Notes: generated by a model from the sequence alone, not told the origin. Shown: positions 18,603-28,193, counted from the stretch's first letter. The stretch is DNA of 64,000 nt from Desulfovibrio sp. (GCA_024692205.1 JAILMX010000214.1:1338-65337), one strand, 5' to 3'. A program made the numbers and translations.

Positions 18603-20760
18603 CCACTTCCGTTTCGCGGACGACTTCGAGAATCGTCGGGATGGCCCGTATGTACTCTATGACCTGATACAGTTGCGCGGCGTTCTTCACTTCGATGAGG
18701 AAGCGCAGCTTCGCCCTGCCGTCAACCAGGGTTTCCATGTTCAATCCGGAAATATTGATGTTGTTGCGGGCGAGGACCTCGGAAATGCTCGCCAGAACAC
18801 CCTGCTCATTCTGCGCGATGACGAATATGCCGGCCTCGTAGGGCTTTTCTTCCGTGCCCTCCCAGTGAACGCTGATCAGGCGTTCAAGCTCCATGTTCGC
18901 CACATTGGGGCAGTCCGAGCGATGAACGGTTATGCCCATCCCGCGGCTTATGTAGCCTATGATGGGATCACCCGGCACGGGATTGCAGCATTTGGCGAAA
19001 CGCATGAGCACGCCGTCCACGCCGGAGATACCAACGCCATCGCTCTTACGCGAAGTGGCGTCCTTGCTTTCCTTGGGGGCGATCGTCTTCTGCTGTGCGG
19101 CAGCAGCCACGCTCTCCGGATGCAAAACGGCATACAGACGGTTCAGGACCTTCCGGGGCGTCAGGCGGGAATAGCCAACAGCTTCAATGAGATCTTCGAC
19201 GCTCTCGAACCGAAAATCATTGGCGACGATTTTCAGATTGCCGTTTTTGATCTCCTTCGCCGTGTTTATGCTGAGCTTGCGCCCCTCTTTTTCCAGAAGC
19301 TCCTCTCCGAGAGCAATAGCCCGCGTACGCTCCTCGGTGCGAAGATAGTGCTGAATCTGGCTCCGGGCCTTGGCTGTATGAACCATGGTAAGCCAGTCAC
19401 GGTTCGGGCAGCGATCCTGATCGGTGATGATCTCGACAACATCGCCATTCTTCATCGGCGTGTTCAACGGCATCAACCGGCCGTTCACCTTGGCGCCCGC
19501 GCAATGCTGACCGACTTTCGAATGGATCTGGAAGGCGAAATCAAGGGATGTCGCCCCTTCCGGCAGCTCTTTCACATCGCCTTTCGGCGTGTAGACATAG
19601 ACCTCATCCTTGAAGAGGTCCATCTTCAGCGAGCACATGAACTCCTTGGAATCCGATTCTCCGCCCTGCCGCTCGAATATTTCGCGCAGCCAGGAAAACT
19701 GCTCGAGGTCCTTCGAATTTATGTGCTTTTTTTCCTTATAAAGCCAATGCGCCGACACGCCGTGTTCCGCCTGCTTGTGCATCTCTTCCGTACGGATCTG
19801 TATCTCGATGCGCTCACCCTCGGGGCCTATCACCGTCGTATGCAGGCTCTGATAGCCATTGGCTTTCGGCATGGAGATATAGTCTTTGAAGCGCCCGTAG
19901 ACAGGGGTCCACTGCGAATGGACCAATCCCAAAACGGCATAGCAGTCCTGGGTATCCTTGACGAGCACGCGAAAGGCCATGATGTCATGCATTTCATCAA
20001 GCGTGAGGGATTGCGACACCATTTTCTTATAGATACTGTACTTATGCTTGATGCGCCCGTAGACATGCCCCTGAAGACCGTTCGCATCCAGCAGATTTCG
20101 AATAAGGCCGACGACTTTGTCGATAATGTGCTTTTCAACGACCTGATGCACATCAAGCCAGTGCGTTATCTGGTTGAAGACATCCGGCTGAAGATACTTG
20201 AAGCTCAGATCCTCAAGATCACGCTTGAGCAGATACAGGCCCAGACGGTTCGCAAGCGGCGCGTAAATGTCCATCGTTTCCTGGGCGATGCGCCTGCGCT
20301 TGTGCTCCTTCTGAAAATCCAGCGTCCTCATGTTGTGCAGGCGATCGGCCAGCTTGACCATGAGCACGCGCATGTCGTGGCTCATGGCGAGGATCATCTT
20401 GCGGATGTTCTCCGCCTGCGCCTCTTCCCGGCTGTCGAATGTTATCGTGCTGATCTTCGTCACGCCGTCTACGATATCGGCGACATCCTCGCCGAAATTC
20501 GCATCGATATCTTCTATGGAAGCCGTTGTGTCCTCAGCCGTGTCATGCAGAAGGCCGGCCACGATGGTCGCCTCGTCGAAGCCCATGCAGGCAAGCGTAT
20601 ACGCGACCGCAAGCGGATGGGACAGGTATGGTTCGCCGGAAAGCCGTTTCTGCCCTTCGTGAAGGGAGGCTGCATAGTCATGCGCACGCCTGATAAGATC
20701 GAGATCGGCATTCTTATTGTTGGCTGAAACCTTATCGAGGAGTTCCTGTAAGCGGATCAT
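18592..20760 (-). CDS. relA: bifunctional (p)ppGpp synthetase/hydrolase (RelA/SpoT homologue)
   Basis: HD hydrolase motif (HPLAVA ... LLHDTAEDT), synthetase core (RFKDYISMPKANGYQSLHTTV), TGS and C-terminal ACT-like regions; 722 aa. Confidence 0.9.
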   Translation of the reverse strand: MIRLQELLDKVSANNKNADLDLIRRAHDYAASLHEGQKRLSGEPYLSHPLAVAYTLACMGFDEATIVAGLLHDTAEDTTASIEDIDANFGEDVADIVDGVTKISTITFDSREEAQAENIRKMILAMSHDMRVLMVKLADRLHNMRTLDFQKEHKRRRIAQETMDIYAPLANRLGLYLLKRDLEDLSFKYLQPDVFNQITHWLDVHQVVEKHIIDKVVGLIRNLLDANGLQGHVYGRIKHKYSIYKKMVSQSLTLDEMHDIMAFRVLVKDTQDCYAVLGLVHSQWTPVYGRFKDYISMPKANGYQSLHTTVIGPEGERIEIQIRTEEMHKQAEHGVSAHWLYKEKKHINSKDLEQFSWLREIFERQGGESDSKEFMCSLKMDLFKDEVYVYTPKGDVKELPEGATSLDFAFQIHSKVGQHCAGAKVNGRLMPLNTPMKNGDVVEIITDQDRCPNRDWLTMVHTAKARSQIQHYLRTEERTRAIALGEELLEKEGRKLSINTAKEIKNGNLKIVANDFRFESVEDLIEAVGYSRLTPRKVLNRLYAVLHPESVAAAAQQKTIAPKESKDATSRKSDGVGISGVDGVLMRFAKCCNPVPGDPIIGYISRGMGITVHRSDCPNVANMELERLISVHWEGTEEKPYEAGIFVIAQNEQGVLASISEVLARNNINISGLNMETLVDGRAKLRFLIEVKNAAQLYQVIEYIRAIPTILEVVRETEVDDV

Positions 20761-20794
20761 GACATCACCTTGAAATGAGGATTTCCATCCGTGG

Positions 20795-20824
20795 AATATG
20801 TGCCGATGCGGCAGGCATTGTCAA
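20795..20824 (-). promoter_or_regulatory. candidate sigma-70 promoter of relA
   Basis: Minus strand reads TTGACA (20824-20819), 18-nt spacer, CATATT (20800-20795), about 35 nt upstream of ATG 20760 (AAGGTGA SD). Confidence 0.45.
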
Positions 20825-20847
20825 TCGTAGAAACGCGATGGACGCAG

Positions 20848-22521
20848 TCATGGCATGACCGAATACCGCTGCTCATTCACAGGAACCCACCATCTTTCAA
20901 AATTATACATGATGCCGGCAAGGGCCGGTTTTATGCCGCGGAAACGTTTCTGCACGACGGGCAAGGCATAGGGGACGAACAAGAAGCAATAAGGCTGCTC
21001 GTCCGCCATAATCTCTTGGATTCTTGCATAGATTGCCTTTCTTTTTTCCAGATCGGGCAACACGCGGGCTTCTTCGAGCAGACGGTCGAGTTCCGAATTG
21101 GTATACCGCGTGAAATTCAATCCGCCCTCGTGGGCCTGCGAGGAATGCCAGACCTGATAGACATCGGGATCCTGAGAAATAGTCCATCCGAGAATCACGG
21201 CGTCGAAACGGCCTTTATCCGTGAATTCATGGATGAAAGCCGCCCATTCAACGGTACGGATACGCACGGCTATACCGACCGCCTTCAATTGTGACTGGAT
21301 GAGCAAGGCCGTGAGAATTCTTTGCTCATTGCCCTGATTCGTCAGAATCGTAAAAGACAAGGGCACGCCGTTCTTGTCGACTATCCCGTCCCCGTCGCTG
21401 TCGGACCAGCCTGCCTCTTTCAGCAAAGCCCTCGCGAAATCCCTGTTCTGCTTCACCGGCTGGAGCGTCGGATGGTATGCCCATGAACCGGGCTTGTAGG
21501 GACCAAACGCCGGAACCCCCTGCCCCAGCAAAACGCCCTTCACGATTTCATCGCGACTTATGGCATGCGATATGGCCCGTCTCACGCGCACATCCTTGAA
21601 AAATGGATGCTGCATGTTAAAACCGAGGAAAACATACACAGACGCGAGATAGCGATATTTTGAATAATTATCCGTCCATTCCCTGCCACCCGTCTCGCGA
21701 AGGTACTGCAACGGGCTTAAATCCATCATGTCAAGCCGGCCCGCCCGTGTTTCCATAAACATCGTCGCCGAATCGGGGATGATACGAAAGACAACCTCAT
21801 CGATGCCCGCTCTCCCAGCGAAATACGTAGGTGATGCCTCAAGCGTCAACGAGGTGCCCGCCTTCCATTCCTTGAGGCGGTACGGTCCGGCACCGACAGG
21901 CTTTCGTGAGAATGACGTGTTCCTGATATTCTCATGCTCAAGAATATGCTTCGGCAGTATCGGGCTCATCCACGTGGCCACGGCACGCGCGAAAAAAGTG
22001 TCGTAGGTGACTTCAAACGTATACCGATCAAGGACCTTGAATGTCTTCACCCTCAGGAAATCTTCGGCGTACGGACTGGCCGTTTCCGGTGCCGTCACAA
22101 TTTTCCATGTGAATTCGACGTCTTCCGCAGTCAGTTCCCGGCCATCCTCCCAGAGGATCCCCTTGCGGAGATGGAAAAGCATACGCCGCCCACCATCGTC
22201 GAGAGTCCAGTCTTCGGCGGCCCACGGTTCGGGCTTGAGGTCCTTGTCATAGCGCAAGGGGGCGACGAAAATCAGATCGGCAACCTCATGGGATGCCGCG
22301 TCGGCGGTCAGATAGGGGATAAGGTTGGATGCCTCCCCCAAACTGCCGAGAAGTATACGGTCGCCCCGGCAGGGTTCGACGTCCGCCCCCCCTTGACGGC
22401 AAACGGCACGGGGAGATGCCGGATCGGGCATGCCCTCGCCTGCCCAAGAGTTTTCAGTCATCAGGAGAAGGAGGGGCAAGACAGACAAGAGCATGCGTAA
22501 AAAAAAGGTGTTTTTTTTCAT
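20848..22521 (-). CDS. ABC transporter substrate-binding protein, family 5 (peptide/nickel type)
   Basis: Signal peptide, 557 aa, overall OppA/DppA/NikA-like sequence (e.g. DPDVYQVWHSS, GIKPALAG). No cognate permease or ATPase genes adjacent. Confidence 0.8.
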   Translation of the reverse strand: MKKNTFFLRMLLSVLPLLLLMTENSWAGEGMPDPASPRAVCRQGGADVEPCRGDRILLGSLGEASNLIPYLTADAASHEVADLIFVAPLRYDKDLKPEPWAAEDWTLDDGGRRMLFHLRKGILWEDGRELTAEDVEFTWKIVTAPETASPYAEDFLRVKTFKVLDRYTFEVTYDTFFARAVATWMSPILPKHILEHENIRNTSFSRKPVGAGPYRLKEWKAGTSLTLEASPTYFAGRAGIDEVVFRIIPDSATMFMETRAGRLDMMDLSPLQYLRETGGREWTDNYSKYRYLASVYVFLGFNMQHPFFKDVRVRRAISHAISRDEIVKGVLLGQGVPAFGPYKPGSWAYHPTLQPVKQNRDFARALLKEAGWSDSDGDGIVDKNGVPLSFTILTNQGNEQRILTALLIQSQLKAVGIAVRIRTVEWAAFIHEFTDKGRFDAVILGWTISQDPDVYQVWHSSQAHEGGLNFTRYTNSELDRLLEEARVLPDLEKRKAIYARIQEIMADEQPYCFLFVPYALPVVQKRFRGIKPALAGIMYNFERWWVPVNEQRYSVMP

Positions 22522-22541
22522 GACATATCGTTGCGTTCACG

Positions 22542-22569
22542 TTGGATTGTGTGATATGTTTACTATATA
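22542..22569 (+). promoter_or_regulatory. candidate sigma-70 promoter of the SNF2 helicase gene
   Basis: TTGGAT (22542-22547), 16-nt spacer, TATATA (22564-22569). Confidence 0.4.
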
Positions 22570-22590
22570 AGAAACTGTTTTCCCCGACAA
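22562..22590 (-). promoter_or_regulatory. candidate sigma-70 promoter of the family-5 binding-protein gene
   Basis: Minus strand reads TTGTCG (22590-22585), 17-nt spacer, TATAGT (22567-22562). Its -10 overlaps the -10 of the divergent promoter. Confidence 0.4.
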
Positions 22591-22623
22591 CTTTTCGTAA
22601 GGAGCTTCTGGGCCGGAGAGTTC

Positions 22624-25600
22624 ATGAGTCGATCCGAACAAAACGCCGTAAGCGCATTATGCCAGTCATTCCTTCATGACAGCATACCGGAATATGTACG
22701 GGATGCCGCTTTTGCCATCGTTTCAGACAATGGCGTGCGCAAAATCAATATCCAGGAAGGAGAACTCTGGGAAATTCAGGGAGTAATTCAGGGCGAGGAC
22801 CTCCAAGTATACACGCCGTCCCTCTCCTTCTCTATCACCGACCACGGCGTGCGGCACCAGTGCAACTGCGAGGATGCCTTCAGCGGCGTATGCCGTCATG
22901 TCGCGGCCCTCGCCATGCGCCTCAACGAAGAGCTGCGCAATGAGCAGGGAGAGTCCGTCGATATCCCCGCGCAGACAAACGACTGGAAGCAGAGTTTCCG
23001 TAACTTCTTCTCGACGGAGATGGAACCGGAACCCGGCCGGCACTATCTCGTTTTCCGTTTTGCGCCGGAAGAGGGACGACTCATGGTCTCTTTTTTCAGG
23101 GCGCGCCAGAACAAATCCGGCCTTTCCAACGTTCACAGCGAGGTGACCCTCGAACAAATAATCATGAACCCCGAATGGAGCGAATTCTCGCCCCAGTTAC
23201 CCATTGTAGCACGGCAGATAGGCCAATGCCTTGATTATTACGGTCACCGCATCGAGATTCCTGAAGGCCTCGTTTCTTGGTTCTTCTGGTCCGTCCGAAA
23301 AGAATATTACCTCCTCTGGAAAGACACCGACAAGCACTGCCGCGTAGGCAGTGCCCCCTTCGCCCTCAAGCTCAAACCTCTTATCGACGATGCGGGGTTC
23401 AGTTTTGAGGTCTTGCTCAAACGAGAGGGGCGCCCGCCGCTCTCCATTCACGGCGGAGAAAGCGACACATCGCGCGAAGAAGACGACCCGATAACCTTTC
23501 ACGGGCAGATGCCCGTGTGGGTCTGCTTCCATCACAATTTCTATCCCGTGCAGACCGCTCTTGATCCCGCCTTGGTACGGACGCTCATCTACGAGCACCC
23601 TGTCATCCCCAAAGACGATATTTCCGAATTCCTCGACCGTGTCTGGACGCGCCTTCCCTCTTCCGAGCTCTACGAGCCGCAGCATTTCCTCAAACTCATG
23701 GAACCCTTTTTCCAGCCGGCGACCTACAATCCCAAGCTTTTTCTTGATGAAGAAGGAAGCCTTCTCACCCTTGAGATCGACAACATCTATGAAACGAGGC
23801 ACGGCGAATTCTCTCTCAAAGGGCCGAATCCCGATTTTCAGACCGGCAGCTATACCTACGGCGAACAGACCTTCCTCGTGAGGCGCCACCAAGAAGAAGA
23901 AGCGCATCTCATGGATGAACTGCTGGAAATGAAATTCCAGCCCCGCTCAAACAAGCTCTGGTTTCTCGAGCCGGAAGAGGCCATCGCCTTTCTCCTTGAT
24001 TCCTACCCCTCTCTGGTCGAAACCTACCGAGTTTATGGCGAACGGGCTCTTTCCCGCTACAAGATGCGCACGGCGAAAGCCACGATCAACGCAAAGGTGA
24101 CGAGCAACGAAAAGGAAAAATGGTTTTCGCTCGACATAACGGTAGATTACGACGGACAAACTCTGCCGCTTGACAAGATATGGAAAGCGTGGGCACACGG
24201 CAAACGCTATGTCCAGCTCAAGGACGGTTCCTATACGAGTCTTCCCGAGTCTTGGCTTGAAAAAATCTCGCACAAGCTGTCTGTTCTGGGCCTTGACCCT
24301 TCGAGGCCGCCTCAGACGAAATTCAAGCAGTTCGAAGCGCCTGTGCTTGACAGCATTCTGGAGGATCTGCCAGACGCTTCCACCGACTTTTTCTGGAACA
24401 AACTCCGCGAAAAGATCCATTCCTTCCGCGAAGTGCGCCCGATTGCACCGCCGAGCGGTCTCAACGCAAGCCTGCGCGGCTATCAGCAGCAGGGCCTCTC
24501 CTATCTCAATTTTCTGTCGGAATACGGCTTCGGCGGCATCCTCGCCGACGAGATGGGGCTCGGCAAAACTGTTCAGACGCTCGCATTCATCCTGTTTATG
24601 ATCGAACGGCACTTCCCAGGACCGAACCTCATCATCGTCCCCACGTCCGTCCTGCCAAACTGGGAACGAGAAGCCGAAAAATTCGTTCCGCAACTTCGCC
24701 GCTTGACCATCTACGGTTCACGGCGTGAAGACATGTTCAAGCGCATAGGATCGTCTGACATCGTCATAACGACATACGCGCTCATGCGGCGCGATCTGGA
24801 AGAGATACAGAAATTCGAATACAACACGGTCATTCTGGACGAAGCACAGAACATCAAGAACCCGAACACGATAACAGCCCGTGTCGTCAGGCGCATCAAC
24901 GCCCGCATGCGACTGTGCCTTTCAGGCACCCCTATCGAAAACAATCTTTTCGAACTGTGGTCGCTTTTCGAGTTCCTCATGCCGGGTTTTCTCGGATCGC
25001 AGCATGCGTTCCAACGCGGCATCGTCAAACCCATCAAGGATGGGGACACAAAGACACTCGACTATCTCAGGACGCGGGTACGACCGTTCATCCTGCGGCG
25101 CACCAAGGCAGAAGTAGCGAAAGATCTGCCCCCCAAGGTCGAAAGCGTCACCTGCTGCGCCCTGGAGGATGCGCAGGCGGAGCTGTATGCCTCGCTTGCC
25201 CATAAGCTCCGCGATGAAGTTCTCGCCGACGTCGACCAGAAAGGCATGGCGAAAAGTCAGATGTCCATTCTCGATGCCCTGCTCAAGCTACGCCAGATCT
25301 GTTGCCATCCGCGCCTCTTGAAGCTCGACATCCCCGGCTTCTCCAACAATCTGCCGTCGGGCAAATTCGACGCCTTCAAGACCATGGTGACTGAAATCGT
25401 CGAAGGGGGCCACAAGGTTCTGGTCTTTTCGCAGTTCGTCCAGATGCTGCAGATCATCCGCCAGTGGCTTGAATTCTCGCAGATCCCCTTCTGCTACCTA
25501 GACGGTGCGAGTAAGGACCGTTTCGAGCAGGTTGACCGCTTCAACGAAAACGCCAACATCCCGATATTCCTCATTTCACTCAAGGCTGGCGGCACGGGCC

Positions 25601-25863
25601 TCAACCTGACATCGGCCGACTACGTCATCCATTACGACCCATGGTGGAACCCGGCCGTGGAAAGCCAGGCCACCGACAGAACACATCGCATCGGTCAGAC
25701 GAGACAGGTCTTCTCCTATAAGCTCATTTGTAAAAACACTGTTGAGGAAAAGATACTGAAACTGCAAGAGGCGAAGCGAGGCGTCGCCGAGGCCATCATC
25801 CCCGGGCAGGGAACATGGAAATCCCTGACGCGCGAAGATCTGGAGATGCTCTTCGAGGTTTAG
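22624..25863 (+). CDS. SNF2-family helicase/translocase with N-terminal SWIM zinc finger
   Basis: SWIM CxC..CxH (CNCEDAFSGVCRHVAAL). SNF2 motifs I ADEMGLGKT, II DEAQNIKN and VI QATDRTHRIGQ; 1079 aa. Confidence 0.85.
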   Translation: MSRSEQNAVSALCQSFLHDSIPEYVRDAAFAIVSDNGVRKINIQEGELWEIQGVIQGEDLQVYTPSLSFSITDHGVRHQCNCEDAFSGVCRHVAALAMRLNEELRNEQGESVDIPAQTNDWKQSFRNFFSTEMEPEPGRHYLVFRFAPEEGRLMVSFFRARQNKSGLSNVHSEVTLEQIIMNPEWSEFSPQLPIVARQIGQCLDYYGHRIEIPEGLVSWFFWSVRKEYYLLWKDTDKHCRVGSAPFALKLKPLIDDAGFSFEVLLKREGRPPLSIHGGESDTSREEDDPITFHGQMPVWVCFHHNFYPVQTALDPALVRTLIYEHPVIPKDDISEFLDRVWTRLPSSELYEPQHFLKLMEPFFQPATYNPKLFLDEEGSLLTLEIDNIYETRHGEFSLKGPNPDFQTGSYTYGEQTFLVRRHQEEEAHLMDELLEMKFQPRSNKLWFLEPEEAIAFLLDSYPSLVETYRVYGERALSRYKMRTAKATINAKVTSNEKEKWFSLDITVDYDGQTLPLDKIWKAWAHGKRYVQLKDGSYTSLPESWLEKISHKLSVLGLDPSRPPQTKFKQFEAPVLDSILEDLPDASTDFFWNKLREKIHSFREVRPIAPPSGLNASLRGYQQQGLSYLNFLSEYGFGGILADEMGLGKTVQTLAFILFMIERHFPGPNLIIVPTSVLPNWEREAEKFVPQLRRLTIYGSRREDMFKRIGSSDIVITTYALMRRDLEEIQKFEYNTVILDEAQNIKNPNTITARVVRRINARMRLCLSGTPIENNLFELWSLFEFLMPGFLGSQHAFQRGIVKPIKDGDTKTLDYLRTRVRPFILRRTKAEVAKDLPPKVESVTCCALEDAQAELYASLAHKLRDEVLADVDQKGMAKSQMSILDALLKLRQICCHPRLLKLDIPGFSNNLPSGKFDAFKTMVTEIVEGGHKVLVFSQFVQMLQIIRQWLEFSQIPFCYLDGASKDRFEQVDRFNENANIPIFLISLKAGGTGLNLTSADYVIHYDPWWNPAVESQATDRTHRIGQTRQVFSYKLICKNTVEEKILKLQEAKRGVAEAIIPGQGTWKSLTREDLEMLFEV

Positions 25864-25926
25864 CGGAGCTCCCTCCAAAAGGCCCAAAGGATACGATTTC
25901 CCCTCAATCCGGAAAGACAGAAAGAG

Positions 25927-25952
25927 AAAGGCCCTGCTCTCGCAGGGCCTTT
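25927..25952. terminator. bidirectional terminator between convergent SNF2 and TRAP permease genes
   Basis: AAAGGCCCTGC (25927-25937) pairs with GCAGGGCCTTT (25942-25952), 4-nt loop. A/T tracts flank on both sides. Confidence 0.75.
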
Positions 25953-25967
25953 CATATTCTTGGGTGG

Positions 25968-28085
25968 CTAGAGAGTAGCCGCACCCGTATTCCCCAAGAT
26001 TTTCCCCGTCCGTATGCGTTGCAAGAGCCACGTTATGGCCAGGGCAGCCAAGCCTGCCGCATAGCCCCAGAAACGGTCTTCATACGGCAGGAAGAACCCC
26101 GTCAGAAGATAGGGGTACATCATCACGACCGTGGCAAAAAGCAGAAGCAGGCTTTCAAGAAACGTATTCTTCGCGAAAAACCACCCCTGCGTCAATGAGC
26201 CGAAAGCCATGCAGGCTATGGCGGTCATCAGATAGATGAAGATCCCCAGCGGCACGCTGTGGATGTTCCACAGGATGATATCATGGTTGAAGAAAAAGAA
26301 GAGCGGCAGGATAGCGGTGCGGATATCGTACAGAAAAGCCTGCACACCCGTGATGATCGGGGAGCACGAGGCGATTGCCGCCCCCGCATAAGCAGCGAGG
26401 CCGACAGGTGGTGTATCGTCTGCCATGATGCCGAAATAAAAGCAGAAGAGATGCGCAGCCATCAGCGGCACGACGATATCCATGCCGTGGATCGTCACGC
26501 CGTTCGCCAGATTGACGAGGATAGGCGCCGTCAGCGAGGCGATAATGATGTAGTTGGCCGTCGTCGGCAGCCCCATGCCGAGCAACAGGCTCGCAAGGGC
26601 CGTGATGATGAGCAGCAGATAAATGTTGCCGCAGGAGAGCACTTCGACAAAGGATGTGATCTGCTGCCCCAATCCCAGCGAAACGCAGCCGACGATGATG
26701 CCGGCCGTCGCCGTCGCCATGGCGACGCTGAGCATGTTGATGCCGCCGGAAGCCAAAGCGCCGAGCAGTTCCGTAAAGCCGAACCAGAGCCCCCGCAGCA
26801 TCGAGGTGCCGCGCACCCTGGCCCGAATTACCGGCTGGGCGATTATGATGGCAACCAAGAGCAGAATCGCACGGAAAACCGAAAGGGATGCGGAATGCTG
26901 CAGAACGACGAGTTCATAGAGAAGCAGAAGAACCGGAATCAGATAATGGAAGCCTTCTTTGAACGTCTGCGTAAAGGAGGGCAGTTCGGACTTGGGAACG
27001 CCATGCAGGTTCAGCTTGCAGGCTTCTATGTGGGTTATCCACAAAAGGGCCGCATAGGCCGCAAAGGCGGGAATTGCCGCCGCCTTCGCCACCTCCACAT
27101 AGGGAACGTTGACGTACTCGGCGATGATGAATGCCGCCGCGCCCATGACAGGCGGCGCGAGCTGGCCGTTCACGGATGCCGCCACTTCAATGGCAGCGGC
27201 CTTGTGCGAAGGATAGCCGACCTTCTTCATGAGCGGGATGGTGAACGTGCCGGCCGTCACGACGTTTGCAATGCTCGACCCCGAAACCATGCCAGTGAAC
27301 GCGCTTGCGAGGACGGCAGCCTTTGCGGCGCCGCCGCGGAATTGGCCGAGTCCGCTTATCGCCAGCCGAATGAAGAAAGCGCCGCCGCCGGCCCTGTCAA
27401 GCAGGGAGCCGAACAGCACGAAAAGAAAGACAACCGTCGCCGAAACGCCGAGCGGGACCCCGTAAACGCCCTCTGTCGCCATGGTCATCTGCGAGACAAA
27501 ACGCGTCAGAGAAGCGCCCTTGAAGGCAATGGCATCCGGCAGATAGGGCCCCGTGAAAATATACAGCGTGAAGAACGTCGCGATGATGGGCAGTGCCGGG
27601 CCGATGACGCGGCGCGTCGCCTCAAGCATCAGCAGGAGCAGGACGACTCCGAAAAAGAGATCTCTGCCTATTGGCACGCCTGAACGGGCTGCTATGCCGT
27701 CGTAGTCAATGAGGATGTAGAGAGCGCAGACCGATGCGAGGATGCCAAAGCAGATGTCGAGTATGCCAATTCGCGTGAGGCGAAGGCGGACACGCCACGA
27801 GTCGCTATTCAGTTTTTCAGAAAGCTTGCTGAAGGGAATCGTCAAAAAAACCAAGCCGATGGCGAAAGCCAGATGCACTGCTTTTATCACCAGGGTGTCG
27901 AGCAGAAGAAAACTGGCCGTGGCGAGCTGAAAAAGAGACCAGCAGATGGCGATGGCGGCTACGATATAGCCTTTCAGGCTGAAATCGGCTTTTCGCAGGG
28001 AGAGATCGGCCCCCTGCAATTTTTCCCGGTCTTCATCGCTCAGCTTGGCCTGCTTTAGCGGGTCGTGAGAACTGGTATGGGGCAT
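25968..28085 (-). CDS. TAXI-type TRAP transporter, fused small/large permease
   Basis: 705-aa polytopic membrane protein with the typical TAXI-associated fused DctQ-DctM organisation, directly downstream of the TAXI receptor gene. Confidence 0.85.
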   Translation of the reverse strand: MPHTSSHDPLKQAKLSDEDREKLQGADLSLRKADFSLKGYIVAAIAICWSLFQLATASFLLLDTLVIKAVHLAFAIGLVFLTIPFSKLSEKLNSDSWRVRLRLTRIGILDICFGILASVCALYILIDYDGIAARSGVPIGRDLFFGVVLLLLMLEATRRVIGPALPIIATFFTLYIFTGPYLPDAIAFKGASLTRFVSQMTMATEGVYGVPLGVSATVVFLFVLFGSLLDRAGGGAFFIRLAISGLGQFRGGAAKAAVLASAFTGMVSGSSIANVVTAGTFTIPLMKKVGYPSHKAAAIEVAASVNGQLAPPVMGAAAFIIAEYVNVPYVEVAKAAAIPAFAAYAALLWITHIEACKLNLHGVPKSELPSFTQTFKEGFHYLIPVLLLLYELVVLQHSASLSVFRAILLLVAIIIAQPVIRARVRGTSMLRGLWFGFTELLGALASGGINMLSVAMATATAGIIVGCVSLGLGQQITSFVEVLSCGNIYLLLIITALASLLLGMGLPTTANYIIIASLTAPILVNLANGVTIHGMDIVVPLMAAHLFCFYFGIMADDTPPVGLAAYAGAAIASCSPIITGVQAFLYDIRTAILPLFFFFNHDIILWNIHSVPLGIFIYLMTAIACMAFGSLTQGWFFAKNTFLESLLLLFATVVMMYPYLLTGFFLPYEDRFWGYAAGLAALAITWLLQRIRTGKILGNTGAATL

Positions 28086-28138
28086 CTGGTGTTCTATCCA
28101 AACGGTGAAAGATTTGCGTGAGGAATGAATTACAATAC

Positions 28139-28171
28139 GGCAGACCGCATGCTCAAAGCATGCGGCCTGCC
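28139..28171 (-). other. intercistronic stem-loop between TAXI receptor and permease genes
   Basis: GGCAG-A-CCGCATGCT (28139-28153), 3-nt loop, AGCATGCGG-C-CTGCC (28157-28171). The arm sequence AAAGCATGCG is repeated again at 28172-28181. Confidence 0.6.
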
Positions 28172-28193
28172 GAAAGCATGCGAAACAAGAAAG

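Noticed and set aside
18457-20727. Very long antisense ORFs. Examples: a 756-aa ORF opposite relA; 46815..48581 (588 aa); 10455..11969 (504 aa); 26259..27683 (474 aa); 54468..55679 (403 aa); 3842..4975 (377 aa); 59529..60578 (349 aa); 8569..9552; 53012..53977; 28299..29144.
   Set aside because: Each is offset from the codon phase of the recognisable sense gene by an exact multiple of 3 (for example 18592-18457=135, 46815-46758=57, 10455-10089=366, 26259-25968=291, 59529-58575=954). In that phase, antisense stops arise only from the sense codons TTA, CTA and TCA, which a GC-rich genome avoids. The products are Arg/His/Gly/Leu-rich, carry no motifs, and lack SD sequences. The sense strands carry full-length, motif-complete proteins. 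They are useful only as confirmation of the true frame.
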